Shown in pieces: positions 1 to 7,602 of a stretch of DNA of 56,003 nt (within the stretch, counting starts at the first letter, position 1; every line of letters begins with the position of its first letter). Both the position numbers and the translations under genes were made by a program. Location of the stretch: NCBI GenBank assembly GCA_022729335.1, contig JALDAE010000001.1:1-56003 (forward strand), read 5' to 3'. A model generated the notes under the pieces. That model saw nothing but the letters and a program-made list of their open reading frames with translations, was not told where the DNA came from and ran no database searches. The DNA is from Candidatus Nanoanaerosalina halalkaliphila (GTDB taxonomy: Archaea; Nanohalarchaeota; Nanosalinia; Nanosalinales; Nanoanaerosalinaceae).

Positions 1-1
1 A

Positions 2-184
2 AGCTTTAGAGATATCGAGATAAGGAAAATGAGGAACACGAACTATATCCCTGGCGCTCATCCGTATGAGATCACCGGAGAAGGTATCAAGTTAAGACCC
101 GAGTTCAGGGACAAGGACTTCATGGAGAGGTACAAGTCAGGCAAGGGCGAGGACAAGGATAATTTTAAATCAGACAAGGAATAA
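2..184 (+). CDS. C-terminal end of a KaiC/RecA-superfamily ATPase (partial; continues upstream of the window)
   Basis: The reading frame is open from base 2 to TAA at 182-184. It gives ...SFRDIEIRKMRNTNYIPGAHPYEITGEGIKLRPEF..., which resembles the K-M-R-x...h-x-[FY]-x-I-T-x-x-G-I tail of archaeal KaiC-like ATPases. It is absent from the ORF track because no start lies in the window. Confidence 0.4.
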   Translation, partial: SFRDIEIRKMRNTNYIPGAHPYEITGEGIKLRPEFRDKDFMERYKSGKGEDKDNFKSDKE

Positions 185-200
185 CTCTTTACTGATAAAG

Positions 201-632
201 ATGACCGAGGAAGAATTTGTATGCGATGAATGTGAAAAAAGCTTCAGCACGGAAAGAGGGCTGCATGTACATGCTTCAAAAGTCCACGATGGTGTTGAAG
301 ACAAAAAAGTTGATTTAAAGATAATGAAGGTTCTCAAGGATAAAGACAGAGATCTTGATGATATTGCAAGGGAGCTTGATAAAAGCAAACACGTTGTAGA
401 GAACAGGATAGAGGAACTGATGGAAAAAGAATGGGTTCAGAAACAGGTGGACTCCGGTAAAGATGCCTATTACAAGATAACAGAAGTCGGAGAGGAAGTA
501 GTGGTTCCTCTGATGAAGGACATAGTTGAAGAAACCAAGGACTACATCGAGGACGTTTCCGAAGCTTTCAAGAACAGGGTTGGGCCAAGACTTCCAAAGA
601 TCAGTGTCGAGTGGCCTGAAGAGGATGAATAA
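201..632 (+). CDS. C2H2 zinc-finger plus winged-helix DNA-binding protein (putative transcription regulator)
   Basis: The N-terminus FVCDECEKSFSTERGLHVHASKVH fits C-x2-C-x12-H-x4-H. It is followed by an HTH-like segment (LDDIARELDKSKHVVENRIEELMEKEWV...YYKITEVG). Confidence 0.6.
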   Translation: MTEEEFVCDECEKSFSTERGLHVHASKVHDGVEDKKVDLKIMKVLKDKDRDLDDIARELDKSKHVVENRIEELMEKEWVQKQVDSGKDAYYKITEVGEEVVVPLMKDIVEETKDYIEDVSEAFKNRVGPRLPKISVEWPEEDE

Positions 633-650
633 TAGATCCTCTTTTTCCCC

Positions 651-1061
651 CTAATTTTCTCCCATGACGTAGATGTTTACGTTCCTTGTCCTTGGACCGT
701 CGCTCTCAAGGAGAAATACGTTTTGCCAGGTTCCGAGAACAAGTTTCCCATCTTCTACCGGTAAAACAGTACTTTCCCCTGTCAACATGTTTCTTATATG
801 TGCGTGAGCATTTGTCTCAGGCCCTCTATCGTGCTTGTAACCCTGTCCCTTGGGAGCGGTCTCCTTCAGAAAACTAAGCATATCCTCCTTTAGTCCGCTC
901 TCCCTCTCATTTACGAATATCCCTGCGGTTGTGTGAGGGCAGAAAACAAGGCAGAAACCGTTTTCTATTCCTGTTTCGGAAAGTTTCTCGGAAACCCTGG
1001 ATGTAATATTTACCAGTTCTTCATCCCCTGTTTTTACAGTTATGCCTTTGCTCTTGAACAT
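651..1061 (-). CDS. YjbQ/UPF0047 family protein (secondary thiamine-phosphate synthase-like)
   Basis: 136 aa with family-typical segments CLVFCPHTTAGIFVNE, NAHAHI and LGTWQ. Confidence 0.8.
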   Translation of the reverse strand: MFKSKGITVKTGDEELVNITSRVSEKLSETGIENGFCLVFCPHTTAGIFVNERESGLKEDMLSFLKETAPKGQGYKHDRGPETNAHAHIRNMLTGESTVLPVEDGKLVLGTWQNVFLLESDGPRTRNVNIYVMGEN

Positions 1062-1074
1062 ATCTCATTTTTTG

Positions 1075-1860
1075 TCAAGCATAACTTAAAACTTCTTCCT
1101 GGCTGTAGGAATCCTGAAGAATATCCGCATATATCTCCTTCGAGGTCATCCTAAAACCCTCCAGGTTTTTCTCATAAAGTGATTTTTCGACTATGTAGTT
1201 ATGATCAAAGTCGTAATGTTCAAGCGTTATTTCCTCTCCGTCTAACTCCATGATCTGGAAACTTCTGTCAGGCATCTTCTGCCTATCCCTGTATGGAGTG
1301 TTGTGGTTTTCATATACACTTCCTATACCTATAACCACCGATCCTTCGCCCTCTGGCCCTTTATTCCCAAGAATCCTGTCAAAGGCAGCGTGGGAGTGAC
1401 CGTAAATAATTACGTCATCTATTAACTCTTCCTCGTACTCGGTGTAACTCGACCTGATCCCGAAATCGTGAGGTCTATGGGCCAGAGCCATTGATATATC
1501 ATCGTATGTTCCCTCCTCCCATATCAGCTTCCTGCCTATCAAAATATCTTTTTCTTCCTTGACCCCGTCTTCTATGCTTCTGTAAAGATCAGGTATCTTC
1601 CATTTGTCGTGGTTTCCCTTTGCTATCTTGAAACCGTCGAATACCTCATCCATAATTAATTCTTTAACCTCGTATACATCTCTCTCCGATATATCTCCCC
1701 CTACAATCAGTTCATCGCATTCATGTTCTTCTCCATACTTGTGAACGTTGCTAATTATTTCCAGAAAGTCGGAATGCATACTGAAGAAGTGTGGATCAGA
1801 AATCAGCATAAATCGTTTTGGTTTTTTTACAGGATCATCGTGGTCAATAACGTCCTTCAT
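1075..1860 (-). CDS. Calcineurin-like metallophosphoesterase
   Basis: Motifs LISDPHF, GGDISE, KGNHD and YGHSH are present. I prefer the ATG at 1860 (MKDVIDHDD...) over the longer ORF-track start at 1884. Confidence 0.75.
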   Translation of the reverse strand: MKDVIDHDDPVKKPKRFMLISDPHFFSMHSDFLEIISNVHKYGEEHECDELIVGGDISERDVYEVKELIMDEVFDGFKIAKGNHDKWKIPDLYRSIEDGVKEEKDILIGRKLIWEEGTYDDISMALAHRPHDFGIRSSYTEYEEELIDDVIIYGHSHAAFDRILGNKGPEGEGSVVIGIGSVYENHNTPYRDRQKMPDRSFQIMELDGEEITLEHYDFDHNYIVEKSLYEKNLEGFRMTSKEIYADILQDSYSQEEVLSYA

Positions 1861-1930
1861 CACTTCCCAATTACAAATTAACACCGGAGGTATAAAACTA
1901 TTATATGCGCTTTATAACAAGTATTGAAGA

Positions 1931-2368
1931 TCAACCAAGTCGAGAATACAGTCTAGAGAGTTTAACTTCGTCAAATTTATCGAATTCTCTCCCCAGAAGA
2001 GGTCTGATGTCTTCAATGCAGTACCTGTCTCTGGAAGTCAGAAGCTTTCCAAAATCCCTGCGGTAAGAACTGAGGATGTCGGTTTCTTCCCTTAACTCCT
2101 GTACAAGTTTCTTGTTAATCTCTTTTCCAGCCTCATCAAAATCAGTCAATACCGCTACAGACTCGGAACAGCGGGAAACGGTTTCGCAGAATTCTTTGAG
2201 TTCTCTCTTGGAAACCATAAAAATTTTGGTGGAAACACCCAGTTTTTCTAGAACCTGCTTGTCTTTCTTTCCTTCAACTATGATGGCATCGGAATCAAAA
2301 TCTATCTCTCCTAAAAATCTTTTGATCTTCTCCCTGTACAGATATTCCTCGTAGTTAAACCTTGCCAT
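1931..2368 (-). CDS. Small Toprim-domain protein (RNase M5/primase-like)
   Basis: IIVEGKKDKQVLEKLG ... VAVLTDFDEAGKEI matches the Toprim E ... DxD pattern; 145 aa. Confidence 0.7.
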   Translation of the reverse strand: MARFNYEEYLYREKIKRFLGEIDFDSDAIIVEGKKDKQVLEKLGVSTKIFMVSKRELKEFCETVSRCSESVAVLTDFDEAGKEINKKLVQELREETDILSSYRRDFGKLLTSRDRYCIEDIRPLLGREFDKFDEVKLSRLYSRLG

Positions 2369-2400
2369 CTATCGAATTTCAAAAAAGTGTTTTGATTGTT

Positions 2401-2784
2401 TCAGTCTTCAATCAGCTCTCCGTTGATAGTTCCGTCCTGGCCCGGCCTGGAAGTGATCCTGACCTTTCCTTCATCGGTATCGATCACGGATCCCTTGGTC
2501 AAAATACCTCTTCTAACAAAATCAGGGTTCGCAGGATTCTCTAGAACGTCCTCAATTTCGGCTTTGACAGTCTCACCGTCATCCTTCGAAACGCTGACAT
2601 GACTTGCTTTTTTGAGGCTGATCTTGTGAGTGTTACCTCTGCTTTTCTTTCCATTTGCTTTTACTTCGTCATCCACGACGGTTGCTGAAAACTCTCCCAT
2701 CAGGTTTCTCTTCTTTCTCTTCGTGTTAGGTTTATACAGACCTCCTGAACTCTTTCTCCTGGATCTTTCGTGTGCCTCTGCCAT
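2401..2784 (-). CDS. rps8e: 30S ribosomal protein S8e
   Basis: The basic N-terminus (RSRRKSSGGLYKPNTKRKKRNL) and the ITSRPGQDGTINGELI tail are typical of eS8. Confidence 0.88.
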   Translation of the reverse strand: MAEAHERSRRKSSGGLYKPNTKRKKRNLMGEFSATVVDDEVKANGKKSRGNTHKISLKKASHVSVSKDDGETVKAEIEDVLENPANPDFVRRGILTKGSVIDTDEGKVRITSRPGQDGTINGELIED

Positions 2785-2882
2785 TTTCTATCGACCTGTT
2801 TTTATTTTGAAGACAAAGTTTTTATAAGTGAAAGGGCTTTTCCTGTCCGTCAGGGGAGCCGACACCTAAAATTATTTCACCT

Positions 2883-2890
2883 TTAAATAA
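2883..2890 (+). promoter_or_regulatory. TATA-box-like element upstream of the Sm/L37e operon
   Basis: TTTAAATA lies about 34 nt upstream of the GTG start at 2924. This spacing is compatible with an archaeal promoter giving a short or absent leader. Confidence 0.3.
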
Positions 2891-2923
2891 GTTGTTTACA
2901 AGTTTTATTCCAGGTGTCAAACA

Positions 2924-3157
2924 GTGTCCCAAAGACCTTTGGATATGCTTGATTCGGTGAAAGGAGACAAAATTCTAGTGAAACTAAAACCAATTGGAAA
3001 CGATGAACAGGTTACTGTGTCAGGAACCTTGACCGCTTTCGACATGCATCTCAACATGTGGCTTGAAGATGCAAGGATGGAAAAGGAAGACACACAGACT
3101 CAGTTCGGCAAACTACTTATCCGTGGAGACAACGTCATGGTAGTTTCTCCGGAATAA
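2924..3157 (+). CDS. Archaeal Sm-like (LSm) protein
   Basis: Sm1/Sm2 pattern: ILVKLK...VSGTLTAFDMHLNMWLEDA...LLIRGDNVMVVSP. The start is GTG at 2924, with an alternative ATG at 2945. It sits in the conserved Sm-L37e gene pair. Confidence 0.88.
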   Translation: MSQRPLDMLDSVKGDKILVKLKPIGNDEQVTVSGTLTAFDMHLNMWLEDARMEKEDTQTQFGKLLIRGDNVMVVSPE

Positions 3158-3170
3158 ATAGGTGTAATAC

Positions 3171-3341
3171 ATGGTAGAAGGAAAGCTCAGAAAAGGAAAA
3201 AGGAACAAGAAGACTCATGGCAAATGCAGAAGATGCGGAAAGAAGGCTTTTCATCTGAAGAAAAAAGTATGCGCTTCCTGTGGATTTGGAGAAACTTCGA
3301 AGAGAAGGGACTTCAGCTGGAGCAAGGACAGGAAGGAATAG
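3171..3341 (+). CDS. rpl37e: 50S ribosomal protein L37e
   Basis: Hand translation gives [56 protein letters not shown] (56 aa). It has the CxxC...CxxC zinc ribbon of eL37. It falls below the ORF-track size cutoff. Confidence 0.88.
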   Translation: MVEGKLRKGKRNKKTHGKCRRCGKKAFHLKKKVCASCGFGETSKRRDFSWSKDRKE

Positions 3342-3348
3342 TTTACGA

Positions 3349-3459
3349 GGGCTCGTAGCTCAGTCTGGCAGAGCACGAGGCTCTTAACCCGAAAGATTAA
3401 GTTCTAAATAATTGCTGAGAGAGACCTCGTAGTCGCGGGTTCAAATCCCGTCGAGCCCA
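3349..3459 (+). tRNA. tRNA-Lys (anticodon CTT at 3383-3385) with a 37-nt intron at the canonical 37/38 position (about 3387-3423)
   Basis: The cloverleaf can be traced by hand. Acceptor GGGCTCG/CGAGCCC plus discriminator A; D arm GCTC-AGTCTGGCA-GAGC; anticodon stem CGAGG/CCTCG; loop CTCTTAA; T arm GCGGG-TTCAAAT-CCCGT. The 3' half of the anticodon stem is displaced by 37 nt. Confidence 0.85.
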
Positions 3460-3665
3460 TGTTAATTCTTAAAGTAAACCAATATAACATGAAAAAGTCA
3501 ATTAACTGCTTTGAAAACAAAAACAAGGTTTAAAGCGTAAATCAGACACAAAAAAATATCCTCACAACTTGTAATGTATTTAAATCCATAAAATCTTTAT
3601 TTATATCAAAATAAGATAATTAATTTTTTAACAAATTTTAACCCAGTCTGTTCTAGGTGAAATAA

Positions 3666-4853
3666 ATGACAGAATTTAACACCGGTGTAGGAGCAGGAGA
3701 CAACGGCTTTGAAGCCGCTAAAAAAGCATCAGAAAACGCAATGGAAAATTTTGAAAGTGATCCTGAACTAGCTATTGTTTTCACATCCTCTAAATACGAT
3801 TATGAAGATGTCCAAAAAGGGGTGAAAGAAATAGTTGGAGATGCAAGTATAATAGGTAGCTCGACAGCTGGAGAGTTTAACGAAGAGAAGGTTGGAACCG
3901 GACAGGTCAGCGTGGCCCTTATATCAAGCGATGATATGGAATTCTTCACAGGTTTTGGAGAGGGACTGTCAGAGGATGCGGAAGGAGCGCTTGAGAAAGC
4001 AGCCGAGGATCTGCCGGAAAGTATCCACAATTATCCGTACACTTCAGTCATAAACCTTCACGACGGACTTGCAGGAAAAGGAACACAGGTCTCGTGGAAC
4101 ACTCTCGAAGTACTCGGCCAGGATTTCAAGGTGGCAGGCGGATCCGCTGGAGACGATGTTGCGCTTGAAAAAACCGTGGTATTTAACGAGGACCATGTTT
4201 CCGACAACGCAGTGGTATTAGGAGTCATAGCATCTGAAAAACCTGTCGCTATGGCTGTAGATCACGGACACGAACCTATCTCACCACCACTTGAAATAAC
4301 AAAATCAGAAGGATCAACAGTACACGAAATAAACAACAAACCAGCATTCGAAGTCTGGAAGGAACAGGTCAGATACGACGCAGAAGAAGAACTGTGTATA
4401 GACGTTGATCAAATAGAGGGTGGAGATGAAGAGCTTGGAATACTTCTTAAAAGGTATGGCTTCGGTATCCAGTCGGCAAAAGGATACAAAGTAAGATGGC
4501 CTGGCCTCACATCGGATGTTGACGGTCCTCTGGAGTTCGCATGCGACATGCCGGAGAACACCGTGGTCAGGATAATGGCAAGTCCAAAAGACAAACAGAT
4601 CGAGGCCTCAAGAAAAGCCGCCAAGAAAGCATCTGAAAAAATGGAAGGAGATATTGCAGGAGGCCTAATCTTCGAATGCATAGTCAGAGCAAACATACTT
4701 CAGGAAAGGTTCCCTGAAGCAGTTGAAGAGATATCTGATGAAATAGGTGCTCCACTGGCAGGATTCGAAACATATGGAGAGATATGCATCGAGAGAGGAG
4801 AAATGAGTGGCTTCCACAACACAACAACCGTTGTAATGCTTTTGCCAAAGTGA
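3666..4853 (+). CDS. FIST-domain sensory protein (FIST_N + FIST_C), stand-alone
   Basis: 395 aa with FIST-like features: LAIVFTSSKYD, IIGSSTAGEF, AGGSAGDD and a C-terminal GFETYGEI. AGGTGA lies 5 nt upstream of the ATG. Confidence 0.75.
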   Translation: MTEFNTGVGAGDNGFEAAKKASENAMENFESDPELAIVFTSSKYDYEDVQKGVKEIVGDASIIGSSTAGEFNEEKVGTGQVSVALISSDDMEFFTGFGEGLSEDAEGALEKAAEDLPESIHNYPYTSVINLHDGLAGKGTQVSWNTLEVLGQDFKVAGGSAGDDVALEKTVVFNEDHVSDNAVVLGVIASEKPVAMAVDHGHEPISPPLEITKSEGSTVHEINNKPAFEVWKEQVRYDAEEELCIDVDQIEGGDEELGILLKRYGFGIQSAKGYKVRWPGLTSDVDGPLEFACDMPENTVVRIMASPKDKQIEASRKAAKKASEKMEGDIAGGLIFECIVRANILQERFPEAVEEISDEIGAPLAGFETYGEICIERGEMSGFHNTTTVVMLLPK

Positions 4854-4858
4854 TTCAG

Positions 4859-5143
4859 ATGGTTACCTACAAAGATATCGCTCAAAAAATAGTGGATAGA
4901 GAAATGGAGGTCATAGGACAACAGCTAGCCATGAGAACAGCAAGAGAAGTAGAAGGAATTGAAATAAACGATGAAGGTGATATCCAGGAACTTGAAGGAG
5001 AGGGTAAAAAACTAATTGACGAACTTGTGAAAGGATACGAGGAAAAAACAGGAAAGGTGGCAGTATCAATCATCGCTAGGACAGTGAAGGAAATCGGCGG
5101 AGACGAAAAAGATCTTCCTGAAAGACTTGAGAGCAGGATGTAG
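4859..5143 (+). CDS. Small acidic hypothetical protein, probably co-transcribed with the FIST gene
   Basis: ATG at 4859 (MVTYKDIAQK...) lies 6 nt after the FIST stop. The longer ORF-track start at 4784 would overlap the FIST gene by 70 nt. I recognise no family. Confidence 0.45.
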   Translation: MVTYKDIAQKIVDREMEVIGQQLAMRTAREVEGIEINDEGDIQELEGEGKKLIDELVKGYEEKTGKVAVSIIARTVKEIGGDEKDLPERLESRM

Positions 5144-5164
5144 AAAACTACATCCATCCACATC

Positions 5165-5177
5165 TTTTTCTTTTTTT
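5165..5177. terminator. T-rich tract (T5-C-T7) in a convergent intergenic gap
   Basis: Oligo-T runs are the usual archaeal termination signal. The tract lies between the stops at 5143 (+) and 5176 (-). Confidence 0.3.
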
Positions 5178-5736
5178 AACTCGACACAAACCTGTTTCCA
5201 GGTATATAAAACCTCAGTTCTCTTTCTTTGCCTCTTGAAATACCTATCCTCCCCGATTTTTTTACTTCTTCAACCGTCTCGCCTTTTTCAATCCTCAGAT
5301 CTCCCTCGGAAACATTTTCCCCATTGAAACTTCTGTCTATCTCGAAAGCTTCCGTTAGCTTGCCAGGGCCATCCGTCAGACTGTAAAAATCTTGAACGTT
5401 CCTGTTCTCTTTAATCTTCTCCAGACCTTCCACAGGTTCTACAGCTCTTACAAGAACTGCTCCAGTAGACTCAATTCCTGCGGTAACGTTGAACATGTGG
5501 TGCAAACCATAACAGAGGTAAACATATATCTTGCCGTAGGTATCGAACATCAACTTGTTCCGATCGGTTTTGCCGTTAAAAGCATGACTTCCAGGATCTT
5601 CTTTACCTAGATAGGCCTCTATCTCGACTATCTTCCCCTTGACAGTCTCTTGACCTGTTTTTCTCACTATCAGACTCCCAAGTAGTTCCGGGGCAACCCG
5701 GTCAGCGCTCTCCTCAAAAAACTCTTTTTCCATCAT
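5176..5736 (-). CDS. DNA-3-methyladenine glycosylase (AAG/Mpg family)
   Basis: APELLG, IVEIEAYLG..DPGSHAF, YVYLCYGLHHMFNV, AVLVRA and GPGKL are present. Homology begins at MMEKEFF (ATG at 5736). The 45-codon hydrophobic extension in the ORF track is probably not translated. Confidence 0.85.
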   Translation of the reverse strand: MMEKEFFEESADRVAPELLGSLIVRKTGQETVKGKIVEIEAYLGKEDPGSHAFNGKTDRNKLMFDTYGKIYVYLCYGLHHMFNVTAGIESTGAVLVRAVEPVEGLEKIKENRNVQDFYSLTDGPGKLTEAFEIDRSFNGENVSEGDLRIEKGETVEEVKKSGRIGISRGKERELRFYIPGNRFVSS

Positions 5737-5886
5737 TAAATGATGTACAGGCACTACTAATAAATCTCCAGCTATCAAATAACATAAGGAACAAAACAAC
5801 CGAAAACTGTTTATACAAATGTACCAAATATTTCTAACAAAGAAAACAGAGTTAATTAAAAACGATATCACTGAAACAGATCAACA

Positions 5887-7602
5887 ATGGTAAGCCTGGA
5901 GCCAATAGCTTTCGACTTTGTCATAATAATCATCACAGCAACAGCTCTAGGAATACTTGCCAAAAAAACAAAGCAGCCTCTCTTGATAGCTTATCTTTTA
6001 ACAGGTTTTGTTCTTGGACCGGTATTACTGGATATAGTGGACACAACAGCTTCTATAGAACTTTTTTCTGAACTAGGGCTTGGTTTTCTGCTGTTTTTGC
6101 TCGGTATCGAGATGAAAATAGACGATATCAGAGAAATCTTGATGCCTGTGACAAGGATAGCGATATTTCAGACAATCCTGCAGACAACTCTGGCATTCAT
6201 CGTGCCTTACCTACTTGGTTTCACGATGATGGAAACAGTTATAATAGCTCTTTGTACTGTTTTCGGAGCCACACCGGTGATAGTCAAAGTTCTTGCTGAC
6301 AAGGACGAGATAAACGATCTGCCCGGAAAAATAGATGTTGGAGTGCTTATTCTCCAGGATATCTATCTAGTTATAATTTTGGCGTTGTTTGGAACCGGTA
6401 TCATCGGCGATATATCACAGGCAGGTTTTACAGTGGGAAGTCTGGGCCAGATAGGTTTTACACTGGCAAAGATATTTGGACTTCTGATTTTCATCTCGGT
6501 GCTTTCCATAGTTTCATCCAAATACATCCTCCCTCACATACTTGACAGGGTAGCTGAAAACAAAAAAATAATATTTATACATGGCATAACATGGGCATTT
6601 GCATTCATATCCATATCAGAGTACATGGGACTAGGTATAGAAGTAGGTGGTTTCCTAGCCGGGCTTGGACTTGGACAAATTCCTTACAACAAGGAGATCC
6701 AGGAAAGAGTGAGGACGCTTACGGACTTCTTCCTGATACTTTTCTTCGCCACTATCGGCCTGCAGCTTGATGCCTCAAACCTATTTGTTTACTGGAGGCG
6801 GGCCTTGATCGCTTCAGCTGTTTTGATGGTTGGAAACTTTTTGATAATGTTTTATTTGATCGACAGAGAAAAGTTCACACCAAAAACAAGTTTTCTGGGA
6901 AGCATAAACATGACGCAGGTGAGCGAGTTTTCACTGGTAGTTGGAGGTATAGCGTTGACAAGAGGGTACATAGGAGAATCCATACTTGGTTATCTGAGCA
7001 TAATGGCTCTGTTAACGATGTCTTTATCGACTTATCTGATATACTACAACCATAAAATTTACCACAGGTTCGAGAAATTCCTTGAAAGATTCGACTCCGA
7101 TGAAAAGAGCGATGTGGACACGGATTACTTCGAGGATCATGCTCTAATAGTGGGCTACAACGAGATGACGGAAAAAATGATGCCTGTTATAAAGGATTAC
7201 TTCGAGCAGATAGTCGTGGTGGACAGGAATCACCTGAACCTCAGTAAACTTAAAGATAAGGATGTAAAACACATATTCGGCGACATGAAACACGAAAAGA
7301 TACGAAAATCCGCTGCACCTAACCGTGCGTCCCTTATAATCAGTTTCTCGGAGGACGAACTCGTAAATACAAAAATACTCGAAAACCGCAGGGATGATGC
7401 CATAGTGTTTTTGAAGTCAAGGGATAGAGAGGAAGAAGAAAAACTTTACGACATGGGAGCCACCTACATCATAAGGGAGGCCGTTCTTGCGGCAGAAAAA
7501 ATCGAGAGCTATCTAGAAGACTATTTGAAGTACCGTTCAGAGTTTGTCAAAAACACCCAGATGGATCTAGAGTCACTTAGATGGAGTGGTAAAGTTGATT
7601 GA
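5887..7602 (+). CDS. Cation:proton antiporter (CPA2/Kef-like) with a C-terminal RCK/TrkA-N-like domain
   Basis: About 12 hydrophobic helices with Na+/H+-exchanger-like motifs (LLIAYLLTGFVLGP, ELGLGFLLFLLGIEM). A soluble tail follows (HALIVGYNE...VVVVDRN). Confidence 0.78.
   Translation: MVSLEPIAFDFVIIIITATALGILAKKTKQPLLIAYLLTGFVLGPVLLDIVDTTASIELFSELGLGFLLFLLGIEMKIDDIREILMPVTRIAIFQTILQTTLAFIVPYLLGFTMMETVIIALCTVFGATPVIVKVLADKDEINDLPGKIDVGVLILQDIYLVIILALFGTGIIGDISQAGFTVGSLGQIGFTLAKIFGLLIFISVLSIVSSKYILPHILDRVAENKKIIFIHGITWAFAFISISEYMGLGIEVGGFLAGLGLGQIPYNKEIQERVRTLTDFFLILFFATIGLQLDASNLFVYWRRALIASAVLMVGNFLIMFYLIDREKFTPKTSFLGSINMTQVSEFSLVVGGIALTRGYIGESILGYLSIMALLTMSLSTYLIYYNHKIYHRFEKFLERFDSDEKSDVDTDYFEDHALIVGYNEMTEKMMPVIKDYFEQIVVVDRNHLNLSKLKDKDVKHIFGDMKHEKIRKSAAPNRASLIISFSEDELVNTKILENRRDDAIVFLKSRDREEEEKLYDMGATYIIREAVLAAEKIESYLEDYLKYRSEFVKNTQMDLESLRWSGKVD

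Noticed and set aside
5737-5871. A 45-codon N-terminal extension of the 3-methyladenine glycosylase ORF.
   Set aside because: Family homology begins at MMEKEFF (ATG at 5736). The extension is hydrophobic junk and runs into the promoter region of the divergent antiporter gene.
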